The notes under the pieces were generated by a model that had not been told where the DNA came from, ran no database searches, and worked only from the letters and a program-made list of their open reading frames with translations. Positions 38,560 to 46,140 of a stretch of 64,000 nucleotides of DNA are shown piece after piece. The stretch's first letter is position 1. Every line of letters begins with the position of its first letter. The translations under genes were made by a program, and so were the position numbers. This DNA comes from Clostridia bacterium (lineage in GTDB: Bacteria; Bacillota; Clostridia; Saccharofermentanales; UBA5734), in contig JAXGXQ010000007.1 of assembly GCA_040772685.1 (NCBI GenBank), forward strand, positions 18,490 through 82,489, written 5' to 3'.

Positions 38560-39612
38560 TCAGCCGACTGCGCCGATGATTTCTACCAACGGCAACATAA
38601 CTGAAAGCAGTATAGCGCCGACAATCAGCGAAAGCAGAACAACCAGCAAAGGTTCAACAATGCCCGAGAAACGGGTCAGATGAGCATCAACTTCGGTTTC
38701 ATATGAATCAGCTACTTTACCCATCACGGTATCCAGTTCACCGGTACGGTTACCCAGCGCCAGCAAACGCACGAACAAGCGGGGGAAAATATCAGCAGCG
38801 CTCAGTGCGGTGAAAAAGTCAGTATCTGCCGCGATCTTGGCACGTAAGTCACTGATCCGCTTAGCGACAATACTGTTTTCCATCACAGCTTCGGTCATAT
38901 TCAGCGCTGAATCCAGATCGACTCCACTATGCAGCAGGCTGGCCATTGCCTGAGAGAAACGTGCGGCATAAATGCGCTGATACAAGGATCCGACAACCGG
39001 CCAGTTCAGGACAATCCGGTCGCGCAGGCGGCGGCCGGTGCTGCTGCGCCAGAAAATCAGCCAGAGAACGATAATGACAGCCGCAGCCAGAAGCACAAAA
39101 AGCCACTGCCGGCGCAGAAAAATTCCGAATTGCATGAGAACACGAGAGAAACCCGGCATGGTGCCGCCGAAGGAATGCAGAATCTGCTGAAAAATTGGCA
39201 AAACCCGGACGATTATCAAAATAATAACGGCCAGCATCATGACGGCCAACACCGCCGGATAAACCAGAGCACTGCGCAGTTTCCGCCGGAGGGCAGCATC
39301 CTTTGTATAGTAAGCTGCCAGGCTGACCATAATTTCGTCGAGGTTGCCCGTACGCTCGCCAATGCGCGTCATATGTACGAGGTAATCAGGAAATCCGGCT
39401 GTGGCTGCCATCGCGTTACTAAGCGGCTGGTTTTTAGCCAAACCATCACTAAGCCCTGCCAGCAGTGGCTCAATCCTCCGGCCACGGGCACCGTCCTGCA
39501 TCATTTCTATACCTTCAGCCAATGGGATGCCGGATTTTTGTACTAAAGCAACCTGCTCGCAAAACGCGGCAAGCTCTTCGCGCGGAACTGAGGTTCTTTT
39601 TCTGCCGAACAT
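38560..39612 (-). CDS. pilC: Type IV pilus/T2SS platform protein (PilC/GspF/ComGB family)
   Basis: Two T2SS-F repeats (AFCEQVALVQKSGIPLAEGIEMM...; FSQAMASLLHSGVDLDSALNM...) and 3 TM segments. The track ORF starts at 39684. MFGRKRTSVPREEL... at 39612 (350 aa) fits the family N-terminus better. The start is uncertain. Confidence 0.88.
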   Translation of the reverse strand: MFGRKRTSVPREELAAFCEQVALVQKSGIPLAEGIEMMQDGARGRRIEPLLAGLSDGLAKNQPLSNAMAATAGFPDYLVHMTRIGERTGNLDEIMVSLAAYYTKDAALRRKLRSALVYPAVLAVMMLAVIILIIVRVLPIFQQILHSFGGTMPGFSRVLMQFGIFLRRQWLFVLLAAAVIIVLWLIFWRSSTGRRLRDRIVLNWPVVGSLYQRIYAARFSQAMASLLHSGVDLDSALNMTEAVMENSIVAKRISDLRAKIAADTDFFTALSAADIFPRLFVRLLALGNRTGELDTVMGKVADSYETEVDAHLTRFSGIVEPLLVVLLSLIVGAILLSVMLPLVEIIGAVG

Positions 39613-39717
39613 TATTTCACCTGCCTGAACGGAAACCGGCAGTAAGCCGGTCGGGCTTATGTGCATATTCATTATATCTGTCACAACAAACGTTTGTCAT
39701 CATAGGCACTTATCACC

Positions 39718-39747
39718 TTGAACTAGTTATATCTTAAATATTATAAT
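39718..39747 (+). promoter_or_regulatory. Candidate sigma-A promoter for the transglutaminase-like lipoprotein gene (TTGAAC-18-TATAAT)
   Basis: TTGAAC at 39718-39723 and TATAAT at 39742-39747 in the AT-rich divergent region shared with pilC. Confidence 0.4.
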
Positions 39748-39855
39748 GAATCATTAGTATCATGCTGGTTTCAGCTAAATTCAACTGCTCCATTTCACCC
39801 GCTGATGTTGATGTACCACGGGTTTCCGATATTTCTTCTGGTCAGGAGGCCGATC

Positions 39856-41289
39856 TTGCTCTTTAAACGTTCTGCGCCCCGTCTGCCGCTTCGTCTTTTA
39901 TTCTTCACTCTTGCAGTGCTTGTTGCCTTACCCGCAGTTACTGCAGGCTGTATCGTGCGACCGGCGCCCACTTCAATTACAACTGTCATGCCTACCGGTA
40001 CTACAAGCGAGAGCGGCACAGGCCCGTCCGATTCAGGAACCAGCCAATCCGAACCCGCTACATCCCTGACTGAATCCACCGGAAGCACAGGCTCTGAATC
40101 CTCCGGTTCAGCCGTTTCTGATCCAAGTATTTCCGGCACTACTGCGGACGGCTCGCAAACCAGTCAATCTGCAGGCGATCCGTCAGGAACCACTGGTTTC
40201 AGCACAGGTTTTACAACCAATACAACTCCCTGGGCAACCGCCACAACCCGTCCAACTATCGTGACAACCGCCCTGCCGCCCACAAATACAACCACCAGTG
40301 CTCCAACAACCAATACCACCAGAGCTCCGACCACTACTACCACCAGAACTCCAACAACCACTACCACCAGGGCTCCGACTACCACTACCACCAGAGCCAC
40401 TACCCAAGCTACAACTGTGCCTGCTACACAAGGTACAGCCAGCAATTTTCCGGTTAAAAACTACGGTTCCTTCCCTCGCAGTTCGTATGGTACAAATGCC
40501 AGCATTGTCACGAGCGAAGACGGTGTAGTGAGCATAGATGTTGGCAACACCCGCAGAGGTGTGGTATTGGTCAAGATTAATTCCAGTACCGGCAAAGCCT
40601 GGAAATGCCTGCTAAAAGGTCCTTCCGGTTCCTATCAGTATGACTTGCTGAAACGCGGTGTTTACGAAGGCGTTCCTTTGCAAATGGGCAGCGGTGCCTA
40701 CAAATTAACAGTATATGAGCAAATCAGCGGTACCAGCTACTCAACCCACACAGCGCACAGTTTTAATGTTTCCCTGTCCTCGAGTTTGAGTCCTTATACT
40801 GCCGCCTCGATTATTGTTGACTTTTCCAGCGGCTCAGCCAGCACTGCCAAAGCCAAGTCGCTTGTTTCCGGCAAAACCAATCAGGTTGCCCGCATCGAAG
40901 CCATCTATAACTGGGTTGTTGACAACATCGCTTATGATCGCGTTCTGGCCGGTAAAATAACCAGCAAAGAAGTCAAAACCTATATCCCCGACCCCGACAA
41001 AACCATGTCGAGCCGTAAGGGTATTTGCTACGATTACGCTGCTTTAATGGCTGCGATGCTGCGTTCACAAGGCATACCCACCAGGCTGATCATGGGCTTA
41101 GTACCGCAGGGATACCATGCCTGGAACGAGGTTTATCTTGTTGGCACCGGCTGGGTCGTAATCGCCAGTTTTAACTATCGCCAGGTTGACGGGAGCGCCT
41201 GGGTTATGTTTGATCCCACTTTTGCCGCCGGCAACATGAGCGAAGAAAAAATCCTCAATACAACCCATACCAAGCAAAGAACCTATTAA
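39856..41289 (+). CDS. Transglutaminase-like (Cys-His-Asp) lipoprotein with long Ser/Thr-rich linker
   Basis: The preferred start is the TTG at 39856 (AGGAGG 6 nt upstream), giving MLFKRSAPRLPLRLLFFTLAVLVALPAVTAG|C, a lipoprotein signal with lipobox. S/T-rich region of about 150 aa. C-terminal core SRKGICYDYAALMAAMLRSQGIPTRLIMG...GYHAWNEVYL...WVMFDPT. Confidence 0.85.
   Translation: MLFKRSAPRLPLRLLFFTLAVLVALPAVTAGCIVRPAPTSITTVMPTGTTSESGTGPSDSGTSQSEPATSLTESTGSTGSESSGSAVSDPSISGTTADGSQTSQSAGDPSGTTGFSTGFTTNTTPWATATTRPTIVTTALPPTNTTTSAPTTNTTRAPTTTTTRTPTTTTTRAPTTTTTRATTQATTVPATQGTASNFPVKNYGSFPRSSYGTNASIVTSEDGVVSIDVGNTRRGVVLVKINSSTGKAWKCLLKGPSGSYQYDLLKRGVYEGVPLQMGSGAYKLTVYEQISGTSYSTHTAHSFNVSLSSSLSPYTAASIIVDFSSGSASTAKAKSLVSGKTNQVARIEAIYNWVVDNIAYDRVLAGKITSKEVKTYIPDPDKTMSSRKGICYDYAALMAAMLRSQGIPTRLIMGLVPQGYHAWNEVYLVGTGWVVIASFNYRQVDGSAWVMFDPTFAAGNMSEEKILNTTHTKQRTY
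40294..40410 (+). repeat. Imperfect 24-nt tandem repeat (~5 copies) encoding T-R-x-P-T-T-T-T units
   Basis: Protein reads TSAPTTNT TRAPTTTT TRTPTTTT TRAPTTTT TRATTQAT. The DNA units ACCAGRRCTCCNACNACYACTACC are visible at 40318-40400. Confidence 0.8.
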
Positions 41290-41359
41290 GATACCGCTTG
41301 GGCAACCGAACCTTTTTCAGGCACAGCCGCAGGGGCTGCAGTTTTTAGTAAGGCGCTGC

Positions 41360-42667
41360 TCAGTTCTTTCTGTTGTCAATAACGCGTTTGGCCTTACCCT
41401 CACTGCGCGGCAGGCTGCGTGGTTCAACCAGAGTGATTTTTGCAGATATACCCAATACTGACTGGACATCAGCATTAAGCTTACGTTCCAGGTTTTCGAT
41501 TTCCCGTACCGAGTCAGAGAAGAAAGCGCGAGTCATCTCGATTTGAATTTCCATGACGTCAAGATTGCGAACCCGATCGACGATAATCATGTAGTGCGGT
41601 TCTACTTCGCCATAGGAAAGCAGAATCGCTTCAATTTGAGTTGGGAACACATTGACGCCGCGGATGATCAGCATGTCGTCGGCGCGGCCGGTCACTTTTT
41701 CCATGCGGACGGTTGTTCGCCCGCAGGCACACGGTTCGTAATGCAGAGCGCTAAGATCGTGAGTATTGTAACGCAGCAGGGGCGTGCCTTCTTTGGTTAT
41801 GCTGGAAAACACCAGTTCACCGATTTGACCGGGCGGCAACGGCTGATGTGTTTCCGGGTCGATAATCTCGGCGATAAAATGGTCAGCCTGAATATGCAGA
41901 TCATCGCTGCAAGCGCAGCTCATCGAAACCCCGGGTCCCATTGTTTCGGAAAGCCCATAGATATCAAAAGCTTTCAGCCCCAGTTTTTCTTCAATTTGCT
42001 CTTTCATGGCAACGGTCCAGGGCTCTGCCCCGAAAATGCCATATTTGAGATGCAGTTGGTCCTTTGTCACACCGTAGGTTGAAAGCGCGTCAGCCAGATG
42101 CAGCGCATAGCTGGGAGTACAGGCAATGGCTGTCGGTCGGAAATCAACCAGAATCTGAATCTGGCGCATTGTGTTCCCGGAAGAAACAGGGATAACGGTG
42201 GCGCCCAGACGTTCAGCGCCGTAATGCAACCCGAGTCCGCCCGTAAACAACCCATACCCATAAGCAATATGCAGAATATCACCCTTAGTCATGCCGGCTG
42301 AACGCAGTGAGCGCGCACAGCATTCACTCCAGATCTCAATATCTCTGCTGGTATAGCCAACAACCTTCTGTTTACCTGTGGTACCGGAAGAAGCGTGGAT
42401 CCGGATAATATCACTTAGCGGCACCGCAAAAGTTCCATATGGATACTGGTCACGCATGTCCTGTTTATCCGTAAATGGCAGTTTGACAATGTCTGCCAGG
42501 GTTTTAATATCCCCTGGCAGCAGGCCGATCGCATCCATTTTTTCCGTATAAAATGGCACATGGCCATAAATGCGGTGGACACAATCCGCTAACCGTTCTC
42601 CTTGCAACTTTTGCTGCTCTGCCAATGGCATACATTCATGTGTCGGATCCCATATTTGATTATTCAC
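41360..42667 (-). CDS. paaK: Phenylacetate-CoA ligase family protein (PaaK-type adenylate-forming enzyme)
   Basis: The true start is probably the GTG at 42667 (GGAGG 7 nt upstream), 435 aa: VNNQIWDPTHECMPLAEQQKLQGERL...VPFYTEKMDAIGLLPGDIKTLADIVKLPFTDKQDMRDQYPYG...SSGTTGKQKVV. The longer track ORF reads through the T-box leader. Confidence 0.88.
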   Translation of the reverse strand: MNNQIWDPTHECMPLAEQQKLQGERLADCVHRIYGHVPFYTEKMDAIGLLPGDIKTLADIVKLPFTDKQDMRDQYPYGTFAVPLSDIIRIHASSGTTGKQKVVGYTSRDIEIWSECCARSLRSAGMTKGDILHIAYGYGLFTGGLGLHYGAERLGATVIPVSSGNTMRQIQILVDFRPTAIACTPSYALHLADALSTYGVTKDQLHLKYGIFGAEPWTVAMKEQIEEKLGLKAFDIYGLSETMGPGVSMSCACSDDLHIQADHFIAEIIDPETHQPLPPGQIGELVFSSITKEGTPLLRYNTHDLSALHYEPCACGRTTVRMEKVTGRADDMLIIRGVNVFPTQIEAILLSYGEVEPHYMIIVDRVRNLDVMEIQIEMTRAFFSDSVREIENLERKLNADVQSVLGISAKITLVEPRSLPRSEGKAKRVIDNRKN

Positions 42668-42754
42668 GTATTTTCCTCCAGAAGATTCTCGCTGAATCAT
42701 TTCGCTTGCAGTCAATCTGCCTGAAAGCATGACAATTGAATCAATTTTAAATAC

Positions 42755-43040
42755 AAAAAAGCCTTCCATCCCTGAAGAGGGACGAAAGGCAACTTCCGCG
42801 GTACCACCCTGATTCACAGCATCCTGAACGCTGTGCTCTTTTCGGATCCGTTGAGATCCTCGCCCTAATAACGCCGGGCTTCTGCGGGACAGCCTAATAC
42901 GTCTTAAACGGTTCAGCAGCCGGCTCCGGAGTGAATATCAGCTTTAGGGCCAGAGACGGACTTACAGTCACGATCCGTCATCCCTGTCTGGTTTTAATCT
43001 GCTGATCTGTCTCCATTAACGCCTTTTTGCAGATGAAAGT
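42755..43040 (-). promoter_or_regulatory. T-box riboswitch leader (probable Phe, UUC specifier) with intrinsic terminator
   Basis: Minus strand has the T-box AAUCAGGGUGGUACCGCG (42814-42797). Stem III is CACAGC/GCUGUG. The terminator is a 13-bp stem (42790-42761, two G.U pairs valid only in minus-strand RNA) plus U6 (42760-42755). Stem I (43023-42922) has an AG bulge (AGGGA), a GUGA-containing distal loop, and an internal loop 3' strand AUA-UUC-A (UUC at 42935-42933). Confidence 0.85.
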
Positions 43041-43046
43041 GGTTTT

Positions 43047-43075
43047 ATTATCATTTTTTGTCAACGGGTTGTCAA
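43047..43075 (-). promoter_or_regulatory. Sigma-A promoter of the T-box/paaK unit (TTGACA-17-GATAAT)
   Basis: Minus strand reads TTGACA (43075-43070), a 17-nt spacer ACCCGTTGACAAAAAAT, then GATAAT (43052-43047). Confidence 0.6.
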
Positions 43076-43144
43076 GCATCGACCGGCTTTTGTGTCCAAC
43101 CGGCTTTTAGTCAAATCGTTACTCACGAGTCTGCCTAAAGTCTG

Positions 43145-45295
43145 TCAGCCCGGTTTGCTCTGGCGATTCTCTGATTTCATTGATAGTGAAATACGCTTAC
43201 GTGCGGTGTCAACTGAAAGCACCCTTACTGTAACCGCCATGCCGGGTTGTACAACATCAAGGGGATGGCGGACAAAGGAGTCAGAAAGCTCCGAAATATG
43301 AACTAAACCGTCCTGATGCACGCCGATATCAACAAATGCGCCAAAGTCAGCTACGTTGCGCACTACTCCGGTTAAAACCAGGCCTGGTTTCAAATCGCTG
43401 ATTTCCATAACATCGGCAAGTAAAGTCGGCTGCGGTAAATCTTCACGGGGATCGCGTCCCGGTTTTTCCAACTCAGCCAGAATATCGGCCAAAGTCAGAG
43501 AGCCCAAACCGGTTTTCTCCGCGAGTTTTTCCAGGCCGGCCTGCCGCATTCTTTGCGCCAGCTCGGCTGACGGCTCTGCGCCCAATTCGCGGCCAATCCG
43601 TTTGACAGCGTCGTAGCTTTCCGGATGAACAGCCGTTGTATCCAGATATTCAGGGCTATCGGGAATCCGCAGAAACCCGGCGCATTGTTCAAAAGTCCTG
43701 GCGCCGATGCGCGGTACTTTCAGCAACTCAGCACGCTTACGGAAACGGCCGTTTTGCCCGCGCCAGTTGATAATCGAATTTGCCGCAGTTTCATTGATGC
43801 CGGCAACATAGGAAAGCAGTCGTGCGGAAGCAGTATTCAGGTTTACACCTACCTCATTAACACAGGCTTCAACCACACCTGTTAAGGCTTCGTCCAGTTT
43901 TTTCTCGGGCAGGTCATGCTGATACTGGCCTACGCCTATGGCTTTGGGATCAACCTTTACCAGTTCTGCCAGCGGGTCGAGAGTACGACGGGCAATCGAA
44001 ACAGCGCTGCGCAAGGAGACATCGTATTCAGGGAACTCTGCTGCTGCCAGCGGTGAAGCTGAATAAACCGAAGCTCCGGCTTCACTTACCAGCAGGTATT
44101 TAACAGCTAAACCGCGTTCTTTGATCAGAGCGCTGACAAAACGTTCCGTTTCCCGTGAGGCTGTGCCATTGCCGATCGCGATCAGTTGGACGGCATGTTT
44201 CTTGATTAGTTGCTCCACCTTAGCGGCCGCTTCAGCAATACGCTCGTGCGGTGGTGTCGGATAAATCACACCCGTTTCCAGCACTTCGCCTTCAGCACTC
44301 ACCACACAAATTTTGCAGCCTGTCCTGAAACCGGGGTCAATACCAAGCACAACTCTGCCGCGCAACGGTGGTTGCAGCAGCACACTACGCAAATTTACCC
44401 GGAAAACATCAAGTGCGCCGGCGTGGGCATTGTCGGTTAGATCAGCCCGGATTTCGGTAGTAAGGGAGGGCAGGATCAGCCGCTTCCAGGCATCTGCGGC
44501 AGCCGGCAGCAGCCAGCGGTCTGCAGGCTTTTCTGCAGCCGGAGTCAACAGCTGACAGAAATATGGTTCCACGGCCTCATAATCAATGTCCAGATTTACA
44601 GAAAGGAACTTCTCGCGCTCGCCGCGGTTAATCGCCAGAACGCGATGGCCCGGAACACGCAGCACTGGTTCCTGATAATCGTAAAAAGCTTCGTAAACGG
44701 AGGGTTCCTTAGTTTTGCCGCGGGCTGTGAGCATCGCGTTCTGCCAGGTTTGCTGACGCAGCCGACGGCGTAACGCAGCATCATTTGAGAGGGTTTCAGC
44801 TACAATATCACTGGCACCGGCAAAGACCGTTTCCTGGTCAGGCAATTCCTTTTCAGCGTCAATCAGTGTATCTGCCAATCGCCTTAATTCAGCTTCTGAG
44901 TCTTGCCGCGCCAAAAGACGCAAAGCGAGCGGTTCCAGACCGCGTTCCTGAGCTATGGTTGCCCTGGTCCGGCGTTTTGGACGGTATGGACGGTAGATAT
45001 CATCCAATTCCGTAACCGTGCCGGCACGATCTATCTGTTTATTTATCTCAGCTGTCAACTGACCTGTTTCACCAATCAACCGCCGTACATCTTCACGACG
45101 CGCTTCGAGCGCACGCAGGCTTTGCAGCCGCTCATGCAGTGAACGCAAAACCTGATCGTCAAGGTTCCCGGTTACTTCTTTGCGATAACGGGCTATAAAG
45201 GGAATTGTATTGCCCGCGTCGATTAATTCGACTATAGCGGCAATCCTCTCCCGGCTAAGTTCAAAATCCTTCGCCAACTGTGCGAATGAGTCCAT
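43145..45295 (-). CDS. tex: Tex-like transcription accessory protein (YqgF/HhH/S1 domains)
   Basis: The best start is the ATG at 45295 (AGGAGG upstream), 716 aa: IAAIVELIDAGNTIPFIARYRKE..., and a C-terminal S1 domain (GLVLTGVVRNVADFGAFVDIGVHQDGLVHISEL). Confidence 0.93.
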   Translation of the reverse strand: MDSFAQLAKDFELSRERIAAIVELIDAGNTIPFIARYRKEVTGNLDDQVLRSLHERLQSLRALEARREDVRRLIGETGQLTAEINKQIDRAGTVTELDDIYRPYRPKRRTRATIAQERGLEPLALRLLARQDSEAELRRLADTLIDAEKELPDQETVFAGASDIVAETLSNDAALRRRLRQQTWQNAMLTARGKTKEPSVYEAFYDYQEPVLRVPGHRVLAINRGEREKFLSVNLDIDYEAVEPYFCQLLTPAAEKPADRWLLPAAADAWKRLILPSLTTEIRADLTDNAHAGALDVFRVNLRSVLLQPPLRGRVVLGIDPGFRTGCKICVVSAEGEVLETGVIYPTPPHERIAEAAAKVEQLIKKHAVQLIAIGNGTASRETERFVSALIKERGLAVKYLLVSEAGASVYSASPLAAAEFPEYDVSLRSAVSIARRTLDPLAELVKVDPKAIGVGQYQHDLPEKKLDEALTGVVEACVNEVGVNLNTASARLLSYVAGINETAANSIINWRGQNGRFRKRAELLKVPRIGARTFEQCAGFLRIPDSPEYLDTTAVHPESYDAVKRIGRELGAEPSAELAQRMRQAGLEKLAEKTGLGSLTLADILAELEKPGRDPREDLPQPTLLADVMEISDLKPGLVLTGVVRNVADFGAFVDIGVHQDGLVHISELSDSFVRHPLDVVQPGMAVTVRVLSVDTARKRISLSMKSENRQSKPG

Positions 45296-45438
45296 GAAAT
45301 ATTCCTCCTGAGCCGCTGCACGCGGCAGTTGTTTCATCATGATAACACATAGTAAGAGCGACGTTCTGCGGCAAGCAGCGCGTCGCTCATTTTGTCTGTT
45401 AGTGAACTTTTTAGCGAGAATATGAATTACATCATCAA

Positions 45439-46140
45439 TTAATTCTTAGATTGCTTGCCGCCGGCCGCAGCTTTGGCGTTCTGTTCCAACACCTCTGTCT
45501 GTTGTCGAATCAAATCGGCCGCAAATGCAGTATCGGGGCTTAACCAACCGGTTTCCGGCTGTAGCTTCTCTTTAAACATGGCCTCAGTATTAACGTAGAT
45601 TTCCGAAGGATAATCAACGGCAAACCACTCACCGGAATCAGCTTGTGCCAGGAAGCGCATCATGGCATCATCAGCAGTTAAAAAATGAATGTTTACAGCC
45701 GGCGGCTCCAGGCAACCCTGCGTCTGTATAGCCACCTTAACTATCTCCATCAACCTGTCGTCACAAAAATGATCGTAAACATGGATAGTCTCGATCAGCT
45801 TATTATAATCACTGTAACGGCGGCAATGCCAATCCGGTAATAGAGCCGGATCCAGAACCGTCAGCGGATCAGCGGAGCCAATAGGTTTATTGCTCAAAAT
45901 TGCTTCCGGTATATACGCGATCAGCAGTTTGTGCTGCGGATCACAATACAAAAGCGGTTCTGCCAAGACAAAATCGTTACCGCAGTTAAGGCAGACCTGC
46001 TGCTGAATTTTCTTCAGCAGCAGGCGCTCTTTCAAATCCGGGTCAGAGTCGGCGTCAATAACATCCCAGATAACTGCATCGATGTCGTTCAGACATTTGG
46101 GGCATTGGATCAGGGAGCGGTGAAACCTGCTCGGGATCAT
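45439..46140 (-). CDS. CpXC-type zinc-ribbon domain protein, translationally coupled to clpC
   Basis: 233 aa. N-terminus has CPKC...(37 aa)...CLNC. The start ATG overlaps the clpC stop (ATGA at 46137-46140). No other recognisable domain. Confidence 0.6.
   Translation of the reverse strand: MIPSRFHRSLIQCPKCLNDIDAVIWDVIDADSDPDLKERLLLKKIQQQVCLNCGNDFVLAEPLLYCDPQHKLLIAYIPEAILSNKPIGSADPLTVLDPALLPDWHCRRYSDYNKLIETIHVYDHFCDDRLMEIVKVAIQTQGCLEPPAVNIHFLTADDAMMRFLAQADSGEWFAVDYPSEIYVNTEAMFKEKLQPETGWLSPDTAFAADLIRQQTEVLEQNAKAAAGGKQSKN

Noticed and set aside
40294-40410. Tandem 24-nt repeats considered as a CRISPR-like or minisatellite element.
   Set aside because: The repeats are contiguous with no spacers, in frame, and encode a Thr/Pro linker inside a well-supported CDS. 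This is a coding tandem repeat, not a CRISPR array.
41323-41345. Possible terminator between the convergent lipoprotein and paaK genes (CAGCC-GCAGG-GGCTG followed by CAGTTTTT).
   Set aside because: It has only a 5-bp stem, and the T-run is offset by 3 nt. This is too weak to report as a feature without a free-energy calculation or Term-seq.
42668-42817. N-terminal 50 codons of the 485-aa track ORF for the PaaK-like gene (MNQGGTAEVAFRPSSGMEGFFVFK...).
   Set aside because: This stretch is the translated T-box motif, terminator and 5' UTR. The PaaK family N-terminus (IWD...ECM) begins at the GTG at 42667, which has a GGAGG SD.
42940-42950. Alternative T-box specifier in the upper Stem I internal loop (3' strand CCCUAAA, which would place UAA or CUA in the codon position).
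   Set aside because: By comparison with glyQS Stem I geometry, the specifier loop should be the first internal loop above the basal helix, separated from the AG bulge by two helices. That is the AUA-UUC-A loop, and UAA is not a sense codon. I keep this as the main caveat on the Phe call.
43082-43108. Direct repeat ACCGGCTTTT x2 just downstream of the tex stop, considered as a tex terminator.
   Set aside because: The two copies are direct, not inverted. The only possible pairing is a 4-5 bp CCGG stem, and no U-tract follows on the minus strand. This is not a convincing terminator, so tex may read through into the T-box leader.
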